DNA of 64,000 nucleotides from Gammaproteobacteria bacterium (GTDB lineage Bacteria; Pseudomonadota; Gammaproteobacteria; DASZBR01): NCBI GenBank assembly GCA_033763845.1, contig JANRJR010000070.1, positions 9,718 to 73,717 of the forward strand, read 5' to 3'. Shown piece by piece: positions 57,729 to 64,000 of this stretch (position 1 is its first letter; each line of letters starts with the position of its first letter). The notes under the pieces were generated by a model. It saw only the letters and a program-made list of their open reading frames with translations, ran no database searches and was not told where the DNA came from. The position numbers and the translations under genes were made by a program.

Positions 57729-58663
57729 AGTTTCTCCTTAGATTTAATAAATGATTGTGCAATAGGTTTAATTAATGGCTTTGCATTAGGACTAATTAGC
57801 GGCTTCAAAAGATTAACCGCAGATTTTACATATTGAGCTGTCGCCATAGTTAATGCGGCACTCTCCATATGCGAATCATTTGACACTGCAAATCCAACAA
57901 TTCTCGCCAAATGATCAGGAAGAGTTTTAGATAATGACCAGAACAATAAGACTGCCGTTAATAACCACCAGTAATCATCAAAGCTTGTTTCTTGCTGAGG
58001 CAATAACGCTTCAATATTCAGAATAACTCTCATACCTGTGCCTATTACTAAATACAATCCAAGTAATTTTGCACAGTTAGCAATAATGGCTTCCAACATG
58101 TTGTGGGCTATTTTTGAGGTTGCACTTAATGCTGCAAAACCCAGAAAAAAACTAGACACTGCGACTAAAGCTGTTGTTTCAATAATCGTTGCAGCTAATC
58201 GCAAAGCAATACTCATAAATACAAAAATAATAACTAAATAAACCACTATTATAATGATTGCACCAAACGTAATTTTTAAAATATTAAATGATTTAACAGG
58301 TGCTAAAACCTTATTCGCTAAAGCTATGCCATCATTCACAATGGAAGAAGGATCGCTAGGAGATTGTGTAAGCGTTTCTCCCATAGACTGCGCGCTTTGC
58401 AGCATACTCATTAACCATTGATGATTTATCATAAGCGCATAAAAAATCATCGTTATTAAAAATTTCTTTAAAAATTGTACGAGCGCTTGATCAAATTCTC
58501 CCTTTTCAAAAGCAAGCCATAACCAAAACCACATCATATTAATCACAAGAAACCCACAAAAAATCCATTGCCCCCATTGAGTAAACTGTGATGCAAATCC
58601 TGTAAGCGCTGATAAATAAGTGCTTACAGAAGTACTTAACGCACCTGATAAAACACTATTCAT
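57725..58663 (-). CDS. trbL: TrbL (VirB6-like) polytopic membrane protein
   Basis: Multi-TM protein in the operon position. Confidence 0.8.
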   Translation of the reverse strand: MNSVLSGALSTSVSTYLSALTGFASQFTQWGQWIFCGFLVINMMWFWLWLAFEKGEFDQALVQFLKKFLITMIFYALMINHQWLMSMLQSAQSMGETLTQSPSDPSSIVNDGIALANKVLAPVKSFNILKITFGAIIIIVVYLVIIFVFMSIALRLAATIIETTALVAVSSFFLGFAALSATSKIAHNMLEAIIANCAKLLGLYLVIGTGMRVILNIEALLPQQETSFDDYWWLLTAVLLFWSLSKTLPDHLARIVGFAVSNDSHMESAALTMATAQYVKSAVNLLKPLISPNAKPLIKPIAQSFIKSKEKL

Positions 58664-59388
58664 CTGGAAAAATCCGAAAGATGAACTTGGTGACCAGAAC
58701 CACCATATGGGACGAAATGTGTGCTTCCATTTTTAATCATTTGATTTAACCCTGCTTCATTGCTGGCCTCTGTCTGTAATTGTTGAGCGTAATACTCATT
58801 TTGAGCATTTGATTGCGACATCATCGTTTGTCGAAGTAATTGAAGTTGTGAAACAACTTCCGTAGAAATTTGGGCTGATGCTTGTATAGCTTGAGTTTGA
58901 CCATGCGCATTTTGTATTTGTGATTGTAGGAACGCGATTCTTTTCGGTTCATTGGCAAAATCCTCCGCACTAATATTTAATGATTGAAGTGTCCCGTTCA
59001 GAGTATTCATTGTAGTAGTCATGTTTTGCTGGTATTGCTGATTGAAATCTTGAGGGGGTTGATATCCTGGATACGCTTTTTGAAACTGACTACCAACGTT
59101 TTGAGCACTATATGAAATGCCATTTGCAGACTGAATTACATTACCTAGTTCATTAATTTGTTGTGATACATTACTCCACTGGTACTGATCACCGCCCAAT
59201 GTCTTAATGGCATTCAATGATTGCTGTAAATAACTCGCTTGCTGCTGCAATATTTCAATCTGAGAAACAAGCTGAAGATAATTTTGAACAGTCTCACCAT
59301 ACACAGCAGCATCAAATACCGCCCACTGCGCATAAGAACTCATAGGAAAAAATAGACATAAAATTAAAGTAATTATTGTTTTATACAT
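58660..59388 (-). CDS. trbJ: TrbJ (VirB5-like)
   Basis: Signal peptide, Gln-rich coiled-coil; operon position. Confidence 0.75.
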   Translation of the reverse strand: MYKTIITLILCLFFPMSSYAQWAVFDAAVYGETVQNYLQLVSQIEILQQQASYLQQSLNAIKTLGGDQYQWSNVSQQINELGNVIQSANGISYSAQNVGSQFQKAYPGYQPPQDFNQQYQQNMTTTMNTLNGTLQSLNISAEDFANEPKRIAFLQSQIQNAHGQTQAIQASAQISTEVVSQLQLLRQTMMSQSNAQNEYYAQQLQTEASNEAGLNQMIKNGSTHFVPYGGSGHQVHLSDFSR

Positions 59389-61760
59389 TGTATTAACTCC
59401 TCTCCTTTTTCTTTAGAAAGCCCGATGTAATCAAGAGCTACACTCCCCGTGTTAAAACCTAAATCAATTAAACGATTACCTTCTGGGGTTACCACGTAAT
59501 AATCTTTTTTGGTTTGCGCATCTTTAATAATTTGAATCTGCCTATCGTTTAATCCCATTTTTGAATACAGCGATTTCATCGACTCATCCATATCAGGATT
59601 AGGTAAATAAATTTTAGTTGGGCAAGATTCAAGAATTGATGCAGTTAACTGTGTTAATGATTGCGTAGTTGGATCATATAAATCAGATAAAGATGTAGTA
59701 ACAAAAACTAATCGCCCATTACCTTTACGAAGTGTCTTCTGCCAATCCAAGAGCTGTTCTGCAAATACAGGATGTTTACTAAATCGCCAGAACTCTTCAA
59801 TCGGAATAAGTGTAGGATATTTACCCTTACTTTCTTCAATATACTGACTAATATGATTAAAAATATGCATTAAGACAGGTAAATAAATATCAGGCTTTTG
59901 AGCCAACAACCAGTTCATTTCAAACGTATGCAGATAACCTAAACTACTCAAACCATCTGATTCTGCATCCATTAATTTGAATGAGCCGTCCAACGTATAA
60001 AACTGCAAAGCGTTTTTAACATCTGAATTCTGAACAATGTTTCTAAAAACAGTTATGTTGCGATTATGAATTTGCGTATTTTCAGAAAGTGCATTAATCG
60101 CATCACTGATAGCCTTTCTAACATCAGGATTTAATTTGATCTCTTGAAGCTGGACCAAACACTCAATAAACTGCGCTGCGCGCAATTTTTGTGAAGACGT
60201 GGAAAGATCTGCTAGAGGGCTAAAAGATAATTCATCAGCGTTTCCTATATCATAATGTCGCCCATCCAGTGCATACGTTAATGCTTTATGAGAATAATCT
60301 TTATCGAAGGCAAATATTTTTGATCCTTCATATCGCAAAAATTGAGCCAATAGAAACTGTAAAAAAGTCGATTTACCACTTCCTGTTGGGCCAACCACCA
60401 AAATATGCCCCACATCTCCGACGTCACAGTGAAACCGAAATGGCGTATATCCTGATGTTTTTGCATAAAATACAGGTGGAGAGTTTTTGGGTAACAAAGA
60501 TGCCGTTGGTGTAATCGCATTCCCTGTCCAAAGTGTATGTAACGGCAGAACATGAGCGAGATTATAAGAATCAATAAATAATCGTCTGACATTAGCACTT
60601 CCATGCCCTGGAATACTTCCCAACCAAGCATCGAGCGCATTTACGTCTTCGAGATGTAAATTAAAACCTTTTTTTTCTAAATAATTCTGAAGACTTTTTA
60701 CCGCTTGAATTATTATGTTTTGATCTTCATTCATAATAACAATGCTGCTGGTCCAATAACCAAAACGCGTACTGTGATTACTATTGGAGGTAAGAGCGAC
60801 TTGAGTTTCATCAACCATTTCAACTGCATCTTGGTTAACTTTACTGCTTGGCTTTGAGAATAATGCCTCTTTCACTGTTCCCAATAATCCTTTAATTTTA
60901 TTGTGCCAATGTTTTTGAAAACGTTTAATTTCAATATCTGCCGTTGTTTCACTTAAAGGAATAAATCGATTTGACCAACGATAAACTAGGGGATATGTGC
61001 TCATTTCCTCTAATAAGCCTGGTTGCGTGTGTTGATTTACATAACCCAAGACAGACAAGACATAAATATACTTATTGCCAATTTTAGGAATATATCCACC
61101 AACTAATTGTTTACGGCCTAAAAGTATATCGACAAAACAAGGGGAGTCAGGAAGAGCTAGGGGCAACAACTCTCCTGTAATACATGTATTTAGAAATCTT
61201 AGTAAACCCTCGTAATTTAATTTCACAAACTTTAATTGTGTGTTCAATAATCCAAGACATCTTTCAATGGTTTCGAGGAATTGTCTGAGTAACTTCGTTA
61301 AGTCCTGAGAATCCTCTGTGCTAGGCAAATTTTCGACAAACCAATGCTTGGTTGTTTTTACTAGTGGCATCGGGAATTTCCACACAAAAGTTATGTATTG
61401 AAGATTTTCGTAATGCGCTCCCTCTTGTTGATAATTACCCCGCCTTTCATCATCAATACGTTTCGCCACATCGCTTTTAAAGAAATTCAATTCGGGATTC
61501 GGGTAATCATTACTGGGAATACGTAATTCATCGACATGGATCATCCAACCATCTTCAAGTGTGAGCATTGTACGGTTGACTGCATTGCTTAAGGCTTCCA
61601 ATTCGCTTGGAGTGGCTGAATTAATATCAGGTGCACGAAATTGATAGGTCACTAAAAATGCACCGTCTTTATTGATAAGAATTCCATCATCAACAAAGTG
61701 TGCATAGTTCAATAAATCTGGAACGCCTTGCTCTTTGCTTAAATGTTCTGACAATATCAT
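59373..61760 (-). CDS. trbE: TrbE (VirB4 ATPase)
   Basis: 795 aa with Walker A VVGPTGSGKST. Confidence 0.9.
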   Translation of the reverse strand: MILSEHLSKEQGVPDLLNYAHFVDDGILINKDGAFLVTYQFRAPDINSATPSELEALSNAVNRTMLTLEDGWMIHVDELRIPSNDYPNPELNFFKSDVAKRIDDERRGNYQQEGAHYENLQYITFVWKFPMPLVKTTKHWFVENLPSTEDSQDLTKLLRQFLETIERCLGLLNTQLKFVKLNYEGLLRFLNTCITGELLPLALPDSPCFVDILLGRKQLVGGYIPKIGNKYIYVLSVLGYVNQHTQPGLLEEMSTYPLVYRWSNRFIPLSETTADIEIKRFQKHWHNKIKGLLGTVKEALFSKPSSKVNQDAVEMVDETQVALTSNSNHSTRFGYWTSSIVIMNEDQNIIIQAVKSLQNYLEKKGFNLHLEDVNALDAWLGSIPGHGSANVRRLFIDSYNLAHVLPLHTLWTGNAITPTASLLPKNSPPVFYAKTSGYTPFRFHCDVGDVGHILVVGPTGSGKSTFLQFLLAQFLRYEGSKIFAFDKDYSHKALTYALDGRHYDIGNADELSFSPLADLSTSSQKLRAAQFIECLVQLQEIKLNPDVRKAISDAINALSENTQIHNRNITVFRNIVQNSDVKNALQFYTLDGSFKLMDAESDGLSSLGYLHTFEMNWLLAQKPDIYLPVLMHIFNHISQYIEESKGKYPTLIPIEEFWRFSKHPVFAEQLLDWQKTLRKGNGRLVFVTTSLSDLYDPTTQSLTQLTASILESCPTKIYLPNPDMDESMKSLYSKMGLNDRQIQIIKDAQTKKDYYVVTPEGNRLIDLGFNTGSVALDYIGLSKEKGEELIQCIKQ

Positions 61761-61773
61761 TAATATTAACTCC

Positions 61774-62103
61774 TCAAACCAATCCCTTTTGTCCTTGATA
61801 AACTGGAACGCTGGGCTTTACTAATCGAATCGATGCATGAATCCCAGACTGTGGTGCGTAATAGTTTTTGTATCTGATATGGCGCAAATAGATTTTCAGT
61901 AATTGAGGATCTGATCGGGTAATAAAAATTCCACCGATATATCCAACCAAAAATATGACAACAGCAACAATATCCATTCCAAATGAAAATCGGGCTGAAT
62001 AAGCTATTGGCGCACAAAGTCCTAAGAGTAAAAAGAATAGTTGCCTATCAATACCTATAATCTGAAACTGTCGATTTAAGGATTTAAAATACAGCGCTTC
62101 CAT
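61774..62103 (-). CDS. trbD: TrbD (VirB3-like)
   Basis: Small two-TM protein between trbC and trbE. Confidence 0.8.
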   Translation of the reverse strand: MEALYFKSLNRQFQIIGIDRQLFFLLLGLCAPIAYSARFSFGMDIVAVVIFLVGYIGGIFITRSDPQLLKIYLRHIRYKNYYAPQSGIHASIRLVKPSVPVYQGQKGLV

Positions 62104-62447
62104 TAAAACGTAGCTCCTGTACCAAACAATAAAATCACAGCTGTTGGCGCGGCTAGTGCAAGCGATATAAAAAATACAATATTGATGAACCGTTTAATTC
62201 CGTCACTCCATTCGCCAAAAGCTAACATCAGACAAGTTGCCATAAGTAAAATAATGGCTATATCAAAAATGGCAGATATAAAGCTTGCTTTGAATTCATC
62301 GAGAGCTGTATTAAAAGGTAAATTACCAACAGAACTTGCATAAGACGGCGTACAAATTACGAATAAACAGAAGCCCAGCCAAAAATATTTAAATACTCTT
62401 TTTAAATCATTCAGACAGCCCAAGTTTCGTAAGAATAAATTTTTCAT
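62103..62447 (-). CDS. trbC: TrbC (VirB2 pilin precursor)
   Basis: Long signal sequence plus two hydrophobic segments, pilin-like. Confidence 0.8.
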   Translation of the reverse strand: MKNLFLRNLGCLNDLKRVFKYFWLGFCLFVICTPSYASSVGNLPFNTALDEFKASFISAIFDIAIILLMATCLMLAFGEWSDGIKRFINIVFFISLALAAPTAVILLFGTGATF

Positions 62448-63375
62448 TATTAATTTCCTTCACTGCACAAATTTCAGAAACAAACCCCTTTTGCGAACCT
62501 ATCTTTGTCACAAAAACGACCGCATCTATGGTGTGGCGAATAAGTGATAAAGGGGGATGAGATAAACCTGCTTCCACGGCCAGATCTGAGATTCGTTGAA
62601 TCGCTTCGACACACCCATTGGCATGAACGGTACAGATACCTCCAGGGCATCCTGTATTCCACGCCTTCAACATATCTAATGCCTCAGCACCGCGGACTTC
62701 ACCGACAAGAATTCGGTCGCCACGCATTCGCATTGCTGTTCGGACAAGCGATGTCATAGAAACACTCTCTGATGTCACCATCGAGACTTTATTAGGTGCT
62801 GTACATTGAAGTTCTGGGGTATCTTCTAGAATAATGATGCGCTGAGAAGGATCACATCGAACAATTTCGGAAATTAAGGCATTAGTGAAAGTTGTCTTAC
62901 CTGAACCCGGTCCACCACACACCAAAATATTTTTACGATCAGAAACTAAATCTTTTAAAACAATGCATTGCTCTTCCGTTAATCGTTCAGAAAGATAATA
63001 GTCATCAAGAGTAAAAACCATTTCAGATTTTTTACGGATCGTAAAACAAGGATTTGCAACGATAGGAGGAATTTGACCTGTAAATCTTTCTCCTCGTAAT
63101 TCTCGATAGTAAGGTAATTCCGCTTCAAGCCGTGGATTTTGTTCAGATATCACTACCCCTTGTATTCCTGCCACACAATTTAAAATTGCATGCGCATGAA
63201 CCGAAGAAATTCTTCCCTCCTCTACTAATCCATCCTTAACACTATCTACCCACAATGATCCGTCCGGATTTAACATGACTTCATTAATATCTTTATCTGC
63301 AAGAAATGAAATTATTTTGTCGCCTAGATCTTGATGTAACTTACTGAATAAACGTTGTTGACTCTCTGTCAGCAT
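62407..63375 (-). CDS. trbB: TrbB (VirB11-family ATPase)
   Basis: Walker [13 protein letters not shown]. Start at the internal ATG ([10 protein letters not shown]) after gggga. Confidence 0.85.
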   Translation of the reverse strand: MLTESQQRLFSKLHQDLGDKIISFLADKDINEVMLNPDGSLWVDSVKDGLVEEGRISSVHAHAILNCVAGIQGVVISEQNPRLEAELPYYRELRGERFTGQIPPIVANPCFTIRKKSEMVFTLDDYYLSERLTEEQCIVLKDLVSDRKNILVCGGPGSGKTTFTNALISEIVRCDPSQRIIILEDTPELQCTAPNKVSMVTSESVSMTSLVRTAMRMRGDRILVGEVRGAEALDMLKAWNTGCPGGICTVHANGCVEAIQRISDLAVEAGLSHPPLSLIRHTIDAVVFVTKIGSQKGFVSEICAVKEINNEKFILTKLGLSE

Positions 63376-63388
63376 AAAAAATCCCCAT

Positions 63389-63421
63389 AAAAAAACCCGA
63401 TGGAGAATGACCCCCATCGGG
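63389..63421 (-). terminator. rho-independent terminator upstream of trbB
   Basis: Minus strand reads cccgatgg-(10 nt)-ccatcggg followed by ttttttt. Confidence 0.5.
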
Positions 63422-63572
63422 TTTGGACAATAGAAAAACAGTGTGAAGAATTTATATCAGATGTGATTTAACACTTGCAATCAAAATCGTATGGTTTGCA
63501 ATATTTTTAATATTCTTTAATCCAAATTGAGTGAAACTCATACAAAATAAAAAAAGCCGATGATTATTTAAG

Positions 63573-64000
63573 TTACTTTTTCAAAAAATTTAGCAGTTCA
63601 CCTTCTTCTTTAATGGCATATTTATTAGGAAAATTTGGGTTTCGGTAACATACCGAGTTCCTAGTAACAAAAAACAAAGTACGCGGTGGTATATTATCAA
63701 ATTGATTTGAAAAAATTTTGGATTTAGTATACCAATCCGATCCATGAGCCTTTCTTGCCTTCGTATCAGAATGTAACATAAAAATTTGTGACTTTTTTAA
63801 ATCCAGGGGTTGGTGGTGCGTATGTTCTCGAGCAAGATACGTTTGATAAAACGGAGTATTTAGAGTCTTACGTCTATGAGGTTCTTTACGATAATCACTA
63901 TGGGTAGGCTCACGACTCGAGCTGGCGCGTATAACAACTCGGAAATGGCTTGGGCTTAAAATAAAATCGCATTCCTTAGCTACAGCTTTCAATACTTGCG
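63573..64000 (-). CDS. IS200/IS605-like (RAYT-like) Y1 transposase homolog, partial (N-terminus beyond window end)
   Basis: ILSPSHFRVVI aligns with the vMPNHvHLLv HuH block, with one His replaced. C-terminal VCYRNPNFPNKY resembles the YI..NPV tail. Tentative. Confidence 0.35.
   Translation of the reverse strand, partial: QVLKAVAKECDFILSPSHFRVVIRASSSREPTHSDYRKEPHRRKTLNTPFYQTYLAREHTHHQPLDLKKSQIFMLHSDTKARKAHGSDWYTKSKIFSNQFDNIPPRTLFFVTRNSVCYRNPNFPNKYAIKEEGELLNFLKK

Overview
AT-rich bacterial window, Legionella-like in composition and in its load of eukaryotic-domain proteins (inference only; no search was possible). Positions 1-8200 look like ordinary chromosomal backbone: YceI/cytochrome b561, a bufferin-like DUF2282 peptide with a DUF2063-like partner, a hotdog thioesterase, LysR, an FAD amine oxidase, an ABC-F ATPase, a PLD/HKD nuclease, CorA and YecM. 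At 8201, 8996 and 10871 there are three direct copies of a 52-bp tRNA-Phe-like 3' half. Each copy starts exactly at TGG (the CCA end) on the minus strand. I read these as serial att remnants marking the left edge of a large integrated region that runs to the window end. That region carries a dispersed conjugation backbone: a TraF signal peptidase, a TraG/VirD4 coupling protein, a MobA/MobL-helicase relaxase with TraC/TraD-like genes, ArdA, a PemK/RHH toxin-antitoxin pair, and a complete P-type trbB-C-D-E-J-L-F-G-I operon. It also carries an arsR-arsC-arsM cluster, an IS110-family IS plus a decayed second copy, three cI/LexA-like (XRE-S24) regulators, a LuxR regulator, a histidine kinase/response regulator module next to a heme-oxygenase-like protein, and a mobile-element Hfq paralog. 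The most striking content is a set of putative ubiquitin/UBL-protease proteins. A permuted-papain PPPDE/DeSI-like domain (GGH ... ENC(N/T)T(W/F) motifs) recurs in four proteins. One is a 1682-aa giant that, from motif reading, combines OTU, RNI-type LRR, Ulp/CE-clan, WD40 and PPPDE domains; another is a 516-aa protein with CE-clan and PPPDE domains. Two trypsin-like S1 peptidases and large coiled-coil/TPR proteins are also present. No integrase, rRNA, intact tRNA or CRISPR array was found in the window.
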